DNA from: an uncultured virus (IMG/VR IMGVR_UViG_3300009008_000030) | Lineage: Duplodnaviria > Heunggongvirae > Uroviricota > Caudoviricetes | Length of the DNA: 64,000 nucleotides | Reading direction: 5' to 3' (one strand) | Virus record (IMG/VR): IMGVR_UViG_3300009008_000030 | Shown here: piece after piece, positions 47,474 through 55,838 of the stretch | Numbering within the stretch: the first letter of the stretch is position 1 | How the letters are laid out: each line of letters begins with the position of its first letter | Made by a program: the position numbers and the translations under genes | Notes under the pieces: generated by a model | Told to the model about the DNA's origin: nothing | What the model saw: the letters and a program-made list of their open reading frames with translations, nothing else | The model's database searches: none

Positions 47474-48993
47474 CAAAGGTACCTCTGCACGATGGGCCAC
47501 AGAGCGTCTTTATGCTCCGATAGGTCAGCGAGCGTCATGCTAGGTGCGTCAGGGAGCGCCTGAGCCAACTCCTCGACCAGCTTCCTGGCTGCTGGCTTTC
47601 CCCGGACGGTACCGAGGGCAATCCCGCTCGGCAAGTGCGTCACCGACCAGTAAAGGCGACCACTTTTCCACATGCCAAAGCCAGAGTCTCCGTAGATTTC
47701 CCCGTCCTTGTCGAGCCTTTCCCCCTGCGGGCTTGTGAGCGAGAGGGTGCCGGGTCGCCACGCAGACCTGCTTGCGCTTTTCTTGCGCGGCGTGACCACG
47801 GCAGAGCGGCGCAGGGTCAACCAGCCACGCTTGTACCCTACGGTCAAGGGGAGGTCATGGAGATAGGGATCTACCGCTCTCAACGACCGCTTGCTCTTGA
47901 GATTCCGCAAGATGGTGCCTGCGGCGGCCTCGGCCTGGGATTTTGTCAGAGCGTCGGTCCAGACGAACCAGCCCTGCCCCCGCCACAACAAGATGCGTCC
48001 GTCCTTCGCCTTCTTGGCCCCGGCTGGCTTGAGCAGGAGAGAAGCAGAGAGGTGTTCCTCCAGCCCACTGTACTCACGGCCTGCCCCCATCGCGGACTGG
48101 TGAGCATCGTAGTCGCGTCCCTTGTAGGGTTCGTGATGCTCCTGCCGCCGACCGATAGCGCGGCGGCTTTTGGCAGATCGATAGGTTCCATCAGAGCGCA
48201 GACGCTCTTCTCGATCCATGTTCAAACAAGCAGCCACAGCCCGACGCTCATCCCAACCCTCGCCACGCACCTTGCCGGAAATGCACTTGCTTACACGCTT
48301 GTTGTGCTTGCGGCCTCGGGCACTCCGGCCCTTCTTGAGCAAACCCAGCGCCTCGGCGCGGCGTACCGTCTTGGTTGCGTAGGCCCCACGCTTTACCCCG
48401 GTCGCTGCGTCATACCCGGCCTTCCACTCAATGCCGTGACGTTGGCTGATCTTACCCCGCCTGTACGCAGTCGAGGCCGCGACGATCTTCTTTGCCTTCT
48501 TCCCTGCCGCAAACCCAGCGCGAAAGTCGTCGTCCCATGCAGCTTTCCACTGTATGGGCGAACCGAAATCATCGACTTCGTATCCGGCAGGTCCAGCACG
48601 GCGGCCTCGGGCCTCGTGCCCTCCCAGCCGTGCCCAAGGGTCTCTGTGGTAGCTCCTCGGTGGTGCGTGGTGAAAGGTTACCTCCTTCCTGGCCGTGTCA
48701 AAGACCTCGACGGTGCGCGTGTCGTCCTCTGCGATCACCTCGTCGGCCAAGTCCCACGCAGCTTGCTGATCATCGGTACGCAGGATCACCTCGGGACCGC
48801 TGTAGTCAAGTCCGTAGCGTTGCTGATCGCCCATCACCGACATGCGAACGTGATAACGCGAGGGGCTGATCTTCTTGCGGCCCCTGTTCTGGCCCCAGCC
48901 CTGGCGCATCTTTTCTTCGGACCTCGCCGCCCAGGCTATGAGCCCGACTCCGGCGAGAGGCGCGATCCAACGTCCTGCGCTCATCACGACCAC
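47473..48993 (-). CDS. RGRR-linker polyprotein with variant hydrophobic leader
   Basis: MSAGRWIAPLAGVGLIAWAA, then NRGRKK, EARGRRA and SARGRK. Confidence 0.85.
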   Translation of the reverse strand: MVVMSAGRWIAPLAGVGLIAWAARSEEKMRQGWGQNRGRKKISPSRYHVRMSVMGDQQRYGLDYSGPEVILRTDDQQAAWDLADEVIAEDDTRTVEVFDTARKEVTFHHAPPRSYHRDPWARLGGHEARGRRAGPAGYEVDDFGSPIQWKAAWDDDFRAGFAAGKKAKKIVAASTAYRRGKISQRHGIEWKAGYDAATGVKRGAYATKTVRRAEALGLLKKGRSARGRKHNKRVSKCISGKVRGEGWDERRAVAACLNMDREERLRSDGTYRSAKSRRAIGRRQEHHEPYKGRDYDAHQSAMGAGREYSGLEEHLSASLLLKPAGAKKAKDGRILLWRGQGWFVWTDALTKSQAEAAAGTILRNLKSKRSLRAVDPYLHDLPLTVGYKRGWLTLRRSAVVTPRKKSASRSAWRPGTLSLTSPQGERLDKDGEIYGDSGFGMWKSGRLYWSVTHLPSGIALGTVRGKPAARKLVEELAQALPDAPSMTLADLSEHKDALWPIVQRYL

Positions 48994-50417
48994 CAGATGT
49001 TTCCACCTTCGCCTTGCGAGAGGTCTTTAATGGCCTCGACCCACTCATCGTAGGTCTTGACCGAAGGGGAGAGAGCATAGACGCTGCTGCTGTACCAAAA
49101 GTCGGTCTCACCAAAAGGCTGGGGATGGCCCTCAACTGCGTCTACATAGCGGTGCCAGCCGCCATAGTAGGCGGGCATTTCTGACATCCTTGTAACCACG
49201 ATCTCATAGCCATAGCCGTTCTTGAGCAGCCACTTGTTGAGTTGCTTCCACGTTCTCGGGGCCTTACCCCCGTCAGCATGACGGGCGCGGCGACCTCGGA
49301 ACTTCTCTTTCTGGCGGTACTTGGCCTGGGCTTTGGGATCGAGCAGTTCTTGCAGGGTGGTTTCGCCTCGGGTGACGGGGCTTGCTTCCCACCCGATCTC
49401 GCGCTTCGGAGACCCTTTGCGGCGACCTCGGGCAGAGCGGCCTTTGGGAGCCTCAATCACGATGGACAAAAGCTGGTCTGGGGTGCCCTTCATGGCATCT
49501 ACCCAATGTCCAGGCTCTCCCTTCTTGAAGGTGCCCGCAGGCACCCACGCTTCGGTCAGCAACCACGCGATCTCATCCTTGTCGAGATTCCACTGGTGAT
49601 CCCATATCCTGGGAGAAACTCGATAGAGAGTTCCCCGGTTATGCGAAAGACCAAAGGTCGCGGGAAAGCGGTTTATAGCTGCTTGGATCGCCTTGTCTCG
49701 GGCCTTGCTCTCTCGGCCCAAGCGGGAGTCAGAATAACTCGTGTCTCGTCGTCTTGGCCTTGACCCAGGTAGGGATACTCTCTTGGCGGCGGGCTTCTTA
49801 GCAGGACGACGGGCACGGCGGCCTCGGGCAGAGCTTCCCTTCTTCGCGCTGCGGCTATAGACCTCTTTCATCCCCCCACCCGGCAAGACACGCTCAACTG
49901 TGCCTCGCTCGGCGTCTCCGGTGCGGATAGAGTGATCGACCGACTCCACAGCATTGATGTTGCCCTCGCGCCCATACTCGCTCCAGCGGGTAGGGGAGAT
50001 CCCCTTTCCGTAGTGCAAGGTCACGATGTAGCGGTCCTGATGCTTAGCTCGGCGGCCTCGGGCAGAGTGGCCCCAGCCGGGTGTGGTCGCATAGTAGTGC
50101 TTGCGAGCCGCATCTACAGCGGCCTTGAGGGTCTTGAAGCGCCTCTTGAATGTTGTGGACTCCCACCCATCGTCGCCACGGAAGGTCACCCTCACCGCCC
50201 ACTTTCCTTGGGAGGAATCAACTCCGTAGGAAGGGCCTTCTGCGGAGTCCCAACGATACTTAGATTCGCCTTGCCGAGTCTGCCGACGCCAGTGCTTGGC
50301 ATCGGGCATCGGATCTCGCCTGCCTCGGGCAGATTGGCCTTGACCCTCGCTCAGGGCATAAGCGACGAAAGCCAAACCTCCTAGCGCCAAAACAGGCTTA
50401 ATGTCTCCAGCGGCCAT
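48984..50417 (-). CDS. RGRRA-linker polyprotein with variant hydrophobic leader, about 5 modules
   Basis: VLALGGLAFVAYALSEGQGQSARGRRD plus four more linkers. Confidence 0.85.
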   Translation of the reverse strand: MAAGDIKPVLALGGLAFVAYALSEGQGQSARGRRDPMPDAKHWRRQTRQGESKYRWDSAEGPSYGVDSSQGKWAVRVTFRGDDGWESTTFKRRFKTLKAAVDAARKHYYATTPGWGHSARGRRAKHQDRYIVTLHYGKGISPTRWSEYGREGNINAVESVDHSIRTGDAERGTVERVLPGGGMKEVYSRSAKKGSSARGRRARRPAKKPAAKRVSLPGSRPRRRDTSYSDSRLGRESKARDKAIQAAINRFPATFGLSHNRGTLYRVSPRIWDHQWNLDKDEIAWLLTEAWVPAGTFKKGEPGHWVDAMKGTPDQLLSIVIEAPKGRSARGRRKGSPKREIGWEASPVTRGETTLQELLDPKAQAKYRQKEKFRGRRARHADGGKAPRTWKQLNKWLLKNGYGYEIVVTRMSEMPAYYGGWHRYVDAVEGHPQPFGETDFWYSSSVYALSPSVKTYDEWVEAIKDLSQGEGGNIWWS

Positions 50418-50419
50418 GA

Positions 50420-52233
50420 CTACCTCCTAAAGATCGCAACAAGCAACAGCAACCCGACCAACCCGCCACTAATGCCGACACCTGCGGCTGCTGCGGGAGG
50501 CAAGCTCGCCCACCAGCCTTTTTCTTCTTCGCCGTTACCATTACCCCGCGTTTCGTCCCAGGCGTCATGCTCAGCCTGAGCAACCTCCTGCTCGATGCTT
50601 GGAAGTCCCTGCTGCGCTCGCCGCTCGTTCTCGGCGTCGTGGGCTTCCTGGGCCTCTCGCTCGCGCTCCATATCTTCTGAGAGATCCTCAAAGAACCCCC
50701 CATAGCTGGTCGCGAGACGGTAGTGATCTCCAGGGCTCAGGCGATACATCAGACTACCTTCCGCTGAGCTTGTAGACACCAAAGGTCAGGCCAGAGACAC
50801 CCACCGCTACAGCACTGACCTTGATCCAAGGAGCCAAGCCAGCCCACCAGCCTTCGTCCTCGGCCTCGTCATCAGAGAAGTCATCCTCGTACTCGTCGCC
50901 GTTCCCCGAGGTGTCACCCCCACCGTTGCCAGAGGTTCCACCGCCACCGTTCCCCGAGGTGTCGCCTCGCCCGTGCTTACGCCAGGGGTTAAACAAGCTG
51001 GGGTCAGCAAGAGAGATAGTGGATCTCCCTAACAACCCTGGATCAACTCCGTAGCTGACGTTCTGTTGCAAGTGGTACAACTCAGAGGGGGTATAGGTTC
51101 GCATAGTCTTATCTTCCTATCAGTTTCCAAAGTAAAAATGCGCCTAGACCCACGCCCCCGACCCCCATACTCACCTTGGCCCAGGTGGGGAAGTGGAAGG
51201 GCTCGACTTTCTGTAGCCATGCTTCAAGATCTTCGGGAGAGGCCCTGCTGCGGTAGTGCCCTAGCTCGACCATGCCTCGGATCGACCAGTTAGCTTCTTC
51301 CCACTTCGCCTTGGTTTCAGGCTCCAGGGTGTCGAGCCACGCATCAAACTGCTCGGAGGTCATGTTCTTGGGAGAAGGCTGAGGGAGACCTCCGGTGGTC
51401 TGAACTCCGAGATCTCTCATACGAACCGCTCGTGGATCTGCCACCAAGGTTCCGTAATGAGACGCGGCGACCGTCCCGGTGGCAGGGTGGTCCCGAAACC
51501 AGTTAAGCCACTGAGGCAAGGTCCGTACTGGAGGGCTTCGCCGGGTAAAGGGCCGCCGATAGGTGATGCCTGCGAGGTTTCCCGGCACCCCTGACCACTG
51601 AGAGACGTGGGATGGATGCTCAAACGGGTCAAACCCACCCACAGCGTCTCCAAACTTCAAGTGAACGCCGTGAGCAAGCCCACCCACAGGAACTCTACCC
51701 ACGCCCCCAGGCCCAGCAAACCAACCGATGATCTCCAGCGGTTGGTTTCCCCTGTGTCTAAGCCGGATACTAGGTTTCCCGCCGTTTAGTGTTGAAGTCG
51801 CCCTGTATCGCTTACCAAGAGAGGGCACATCTACCCACAGGGGGCGCTTTACTCCATAGCTTCCCAGCAGGTGACCGGAGTAGCGCCTCCACCGACCTGT
51901 TCGTACCCTACGGTAGCGACCTGCACTCCTCGGTCCAGCAGGTCTTGCTCCGTAGCTTACCGGGACGCCGCTGTATTCCTGCCAGTGTGAGATCATGTTG
52001 AGCTACCTCCGCGTGAAGCGCACCGCCAGGAGCGCCCCCACGATAATGCCAGTAGTGAGCGTGAGAGCATAGGAGGTCAGAGAGCCTCCGGTGCCATTGT
52101 TGGTCTCGGCCCCGAACTGAGCATTGGGGGCGAGCATCAGCCCGTAGGCTGGGATGCCCTTGTTGCCTACCGGGCTAGACGGCTTCGCGTAGCTCTGGAG
52201 GGTGCTGGCGAGGTTGGGGTCAAGGGCTGGCAT
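50420..52233 (-). CDS. Four putative virion membrane proteins with C-terminal TM (50420-50782, 50754-51104, 51109-51996, 52003-52233)
   Basis: Each ends in a Gly-rich hydrophobic helix plus basic residues and carries a YG motif near the N-terminus. Confidence 0.7.
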
Positions 52234-52239
52234 CCTGCA

Positions 52240-53295
52240 TCAGTACCTCGGGCCACGCATAGACATGAGCCCCCATATCCCGAGACCTGCTACCGCCGCA
52301 ATAGCTGCCGTGCGGCCCGGTCGATCTACCACTTCCTCGGTGAACCAACCGCCGTTCTCGCTGCCGTTCGCGGCGTCTCCATTAGCGTCCACATCGTTAA
52401 AATCAAAATCGGTAATGTCGCGTGCGACCTGAGAACCATAAGAGGTATGCCCCAACGCCTGCATGTTGGCGCAGGTCAAGGGATACCGCTTGCAGAAGAT
52501 GGTATCTGACATTTCAGGCAAGGTATTGGGAGGCACCTCGGCTACGCTTCCCACAGGGGCCGCTGAGGCCGCAGAGACGGCTCCATAGCTGTAGGTGGAC
52601 CCAGGACCAAAGATACGGTTTGTAGCGGCTCTCGCGCCTGCAAGGGCTGCTCCTGTGGCTTGTCCATAAGCGCCTTGGTAACGTGCCTTGCGCCCCCTCG
52701 CGTACCTGCTGACGCTCGCATTGACCTTGCGCTGAGCGCGGCGAGCCTTGGCCGCTTGTAGCCGTGCCGTGCGTGCAGGCTTGCCCTTCCTAGCCACCGG
52801 GGTCCGATACTTCGCTCCCGTTTGACGGGCATGGTCGCTTCCCTGAGTCTTGAGTTCGTTCATCAGACCCACGGCCTCCATCATATTGACGAAAGGCTGG
52901 CCCATAGCGCGGAAGTCGTTGAGAACATCGTCTCCCGGTACGGGGAGTTGGCCCCGTCGAAGCACGACTGTTTTGCTGCTCGACACCATGAGCGGGAAGA
53001 TCGCCATAGCCACCGGGGCTAGGCTCCCTCCGGCAGCGCCGATTCCCGATCCGGTAGTGGGATACCATGCGTGGACGATGAGCGATGAAGGTCGATCAGC
53101 TATGAACGGAGGTAAAGGGAGAAACCTCTTGGTCAAGACCGTGACCTGACTTCCCGCCACAGGACCAACGAAAGGCCCACCCGCCAGAAAGACAGGGAGC
53201 CCCGGAGGGTTGGGGGGAGAGGGGAACTGGAGAACCTCTAGCGCGATTGCGCCAGGGACACGGATATTGACGGTGTGCCGAACTGGAAGGGGCAT
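52240..53295 (-). CDS. Putative virion protein (beta-rich N-terminus, basic middle, C-terminal TM)
   Basis: AYG/SYG motifs; ends AAIAAVAGLGIWGLMSMRGPRY. Confidence 0.65.
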   Translation of the reverse strand: MPLPVRHTVNIRVPGAIALEVLQFPSPPNPPGLPVFLAGGPFVGPVAGSQVTVLTKRFLPLPPFIADRPSSLIVHAWYPTTGSGIGAAGGSLAPVAMAIFPLMVSSSKTVVLRRGQLPVPGDDVLNDFRAMGQPFVNMMEAVGLMNELKTQGSDHARQTGAKYRTPVARKGKPARTARLQAAKARRAQRKVNASVSRYARGRKARYQGAYGQATGAALAGARAATNRIFGPGSTYSYGAVSAASAAPVGSVAEVPPNTLPEMSDTIFCKRYPLTCANMQALGHTSYGSQVARDITDFDFNDVDANGDAANGSENGGWFTEEVVDRPGRTAAIAAVAGLGIWGLMSMRGPRY

Positions 53296-53346
53296 GAGGG
53301 GCTCCGGTGCAAGTGAGGAACAAAGCTCGATCTAGCGAAGGCCCGA

Positions 53347-53381
53347 TGCCCTTGCTCCCCGTCAGGAGGGAGCGAGGGGCA
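53347..53381 (-). terminator. Stem-loop downstream of the basic protein gene
   Basis: tgcccttgctccc...gggagcgaggggca. Confidence 0.4.
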
Positions 53382-53399
53382 CCGGACCATCAAGATCAA

Positions 53400-53840
53400 C
53401 TAGAAGCGCCTCGACCGCTTGCTGCCCTTACGGCAACCACCGGACTTGAGCTTGTCTGTCCACCGACCCGTCTTCTTGCTCACGCACACGAAACCGGAAC
53501 CTGCGCGGCGACCTCGGTTGGCAGCAGCCCTTTTCTTAGCCTTCCCACGGCAGTACGGCTTCACCGTGTAGGTGATCGACTTGGGCGTCTTGAGCAACTT
53601 CCCGGTTCTCTTGCTCTTGACCTTGATCTTCTTACCCTTGACCGTGTAGCCGCTGATCTTGACGGTATAGGGGCTGGAACAGCCACCCCTCTTACCCCGC
53701 TTAGCGGCGTAGCCACGCTTGCGGCCTGTGGCGGCGTCCTTGTTGCGGCGAGATCGGTTGCTGTCTTGCGGGCAGCGACCACTCTTGAGAGGCGACTTCT
53801 TGAGTCCGGTCTTGGTGTAGCAGAGCTTCCGGCTGGCCAT
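53400..53840 (-). CDS. Extremely basic Lys/Arg/Cys protein, candidate DNA-condensing core protein
   Basis: Almost no acidic residues; contains NRGRRAG; AGGAG RBS. Confidence 0.65.
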   Translation of the reverse strand: MASRKLCYTKTGLKKSPLKSGRCPQDSNRSRRNKDAATGRKRGYAAKRGKRGGCSSPYTVKISGYTVKGKKIKVKSKRTGKLLKTPKSITYTVKPYCRGKAKKRAAANRGRRAGSGFVCVSKKTGRWTDKLKSGGCRKGSKRSRRF

Positions 53841-53951
53841 TGTCCTGTTCTCCTAATTGATTGACGCCGGAGGCCGGGTCAAGTTGATTGAAGGGAGTGT
53901 ACGCCACTTGGATCTCTAAGTGTAGTGATCCTACGCATCTTCCCACGCATG

Positions 53952-54719
53952 TCAGATCTCTGGTTCCTCAAAAGGGTCCAAAGGAGGGGCGGTAGCCCGC
54001 TCAGGGCGAGCTAACCAAGTTCCGTAAAGAGGGGGAAGCAACACGCGGGCCGTGACCAATACCGCTGTCCCGCCGATAGCCCATTTCAGCCAGGGGGGCC
54101 AGCCCTTGTCGGGCTTGCGGAGCAGACCACCCTCAAAGACCACATCGCCTTGCTCTCCTGGCGTGGCAGTCCATTCGCCTCCGGCTCGGGAAACTTCCGC
54201 ATCGTCTCTTGCCTGACGCGCCTTCTCTGTCTCTCCCTGTGCTGCATACCACTCACTGACTCGCTGCAACGCCTCATCGCGCACCATCTGCGCGTGGGTC
54301 AAGGCCGCTTCCCAATCCTGGCACTTGGCCTTGTAGTCCCACTGATCTATCCAATCGGCCTCAGCCCGCCCATTGTCCAGGCAGTAACGATAGGTAAAAA
54401 CAGGCATCCCCAAGAAGCCGCCGATCTGACTATCGTCCCGTAGCGCGGCCACGACCGCCTCGTTGGCGTTGCTAAGGGTGGTGAGCATGGCAGCAGGTAT
54501 GTCGTCATTCCCGTACCAGCGGGTTTTGATTCGCTGGTACTCCTGCATGATGTGCTTCTCAAGCGCGGAGATCGGAAGCTCTGGAGGGTGGTCTCCCCGA
54601 TAGCGACGGGCAAAGCCAGGGGCGTAGGTACCGCCGTATCCACTAACGTAGGAAGGCGGTAAGCCTACAACTGCCGCCGCAGAGCCGGGTGAGATCTCAG
54701 TTAGGCTGAGGCGGCGCAT
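53952..54719 (-). CDS. Putative virion membrane protein with C-terminal TM
   Basis: GWPPWLKWAIGGTAVLVTARVLL. Confidence 0.65.
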   Translation of the reverse strand: MRRLSLTEISPGSAAAVVGLPPSYVSGYGGTYAPGFARRYRGDHPPELPISALEKHIMQEYQRIKTRWYGNDDIPAAMLTTLSNANEAVVAALRDDSQIGGFLGMPVFTYRYCLDNGRAEADWIDQWDYKAKCQDWEAALTHAQMVRDEALQRVSEWYAAQGETEKARQARDDAEVSRAGGEWTATPGEQGDVVFEGGLLRKPDKGWPPWLKWAIGGTAVLVTARVLLPPLYGTWLARPERATAPPLDPFEEPEI

Positions 54720-54721
54720 CC

Positions 54722-55426
54722 TTAGAGACCTGCCAGGAAGAACACTACGTTGACCCCGATGTTGGAGGACACGGTGCCTGCGAGGGTACGAAGGGGCTGA
54801 CCTGCCACGGCGTTGACCACGAAGGTGGTAAAGGCCACACCGCCGCTCACGTTGTCAAAGGAGGTGAAGGTCAAGACACAGTTGGCCTCACAGACCATCT
54901 GCGCGGCCCCGTCAGGAACGGGAGTATTGGCCGCAGCCACCAGGGCGGTGATGGGCGAGCGCAGCAAGCCAGCGTCGGGCTGGGCGGGGAGTGCATCGAC
55001 CCACTGAATCCGCAGCGGGAAGTTCATGTCCGTACCGATGACGGTGGACTTGCTCTCCTGCACGATCTTAGCGTTCTGATACTGGCCCAAGGCCAAGGTC
55101 ACAGGAGTTCCCGGTCCTGCTACACAACGCCGGAACGCTGCACCGCCGTTGGAGTCACCGACTGTGATGTTGAGCACCGAAGATGTGGCCAAGGTTTGAT
55201 CTACGAAGCCACGAGGCTGGTCAATCACCGCACCGAGATAGGGACGGTTGGTGAATGGGTTGAGGGGCGGTGCGCCGTCGAAGAGCCGGTTGAGCGTCGG
55301 CGCGGCGATGGAGAGACCACGCGGGTACTGTGACCAGCGTACTCCGTCGATGGTGGGGTCGTTAGGTCCGAAGTGGCCTTTGTAGACCCGCTCTCCCGGT
55401 CGGTGGATAAATGGATCTTGGCTCAT
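54722..55426 (-). CDS. Beta-rich putative structural protein
   Basis: Start MSQDP by ATGA overlap; beta-strand-like patterning. Confidence 0.55.
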   Translation of the reverse strand: MSQDPFIHRPGERVYKGHFGPNDPTIDGVRWSQYPRGLSIAAPTLNRLFDGAPPLNPFTNRPYLGAVIDQPRGFVDQTLATSSVLNITVGDSNGGAAFRRCVAGPGTPVTLALGQYQNAKIVQESKSTVIGTDMNFPLRIQWVDALPAQPDAGLLRSPITALVAAANTPVPDGAAQMVCEANCVLTFTSFDNVSGGVAFTTFVVNAVAGQPLRTLAGTVSSNIGVNVVFFLAGL

Positions 55427-55812
55427 GCGATAGCTCCCATGCCGCCCTCGCGGGAGGGGTCGATGTATTCCACGCCAGGAACCCCCTCCACCTGCACGAC
55501 AACGTGCCACAGACCCGGCTGGGCCTGATAGGCCACAGGACGGGCTGGTATGCCCGCAGAGATAAGCTCACTGGCTACAGCGGTGGTCAAGTCCTCGCAA
55601 TCTCCGGTGCCCCTGGTCTTGACCTGTTCCCAGGTCAGCCATTCTTCATTGGGGTCGGCTTTGCGGTACTTGATGGTGCCGTCTTGCAGGCCCTTGAGGA
55701 CAGGGAGCTTCCCTACCTCTCCGGCGTCTGCAATCTGCATGAGATCACTCTGCACCAACCCGGCCAGTACCCCAGCCGCGTGTCGCGGGTCGAGGTCCAT
55801 GACAAGGCGCAT
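55423..55812 (-). CDS. Transglutaminase-like cysteine protease
   Basis: GDCEDL (Cys), GIPARPV, WHVVV (His) and YIDPS (Asp) form the triad. Confidence 0.82.
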   Translation of the reverse strand: MRLVMDLDPRHAAGVLAGLVQSDLMQIADAGEVGKLPVLKGLQDGTIKYRKADPNEEWLTWEQVKTRGTGDCEDLTTAVASELISAGIPARPVAYQAQPGLWHVVVQVEGVPGVEYIDPSREGGMGAIA

Positions 55813-55838
55813 CGCTGATCTCCCTAACGGTCACTCGC

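Noticed and set aside
41151..50417. GCCCGAGGCCGCCGCGC repeats as a CRISPR array
   Set aside because: The repeats are in frame inside ORFs, vary synonymously and are separated by irregular stretches of roughly 100-500 nt. No cas operon is present.
50890..50965. GDTSGNGG tandem repeat as a separate element
   Set aside because: It is a short low-complexity linker expansion inside a membrane-protein gene.
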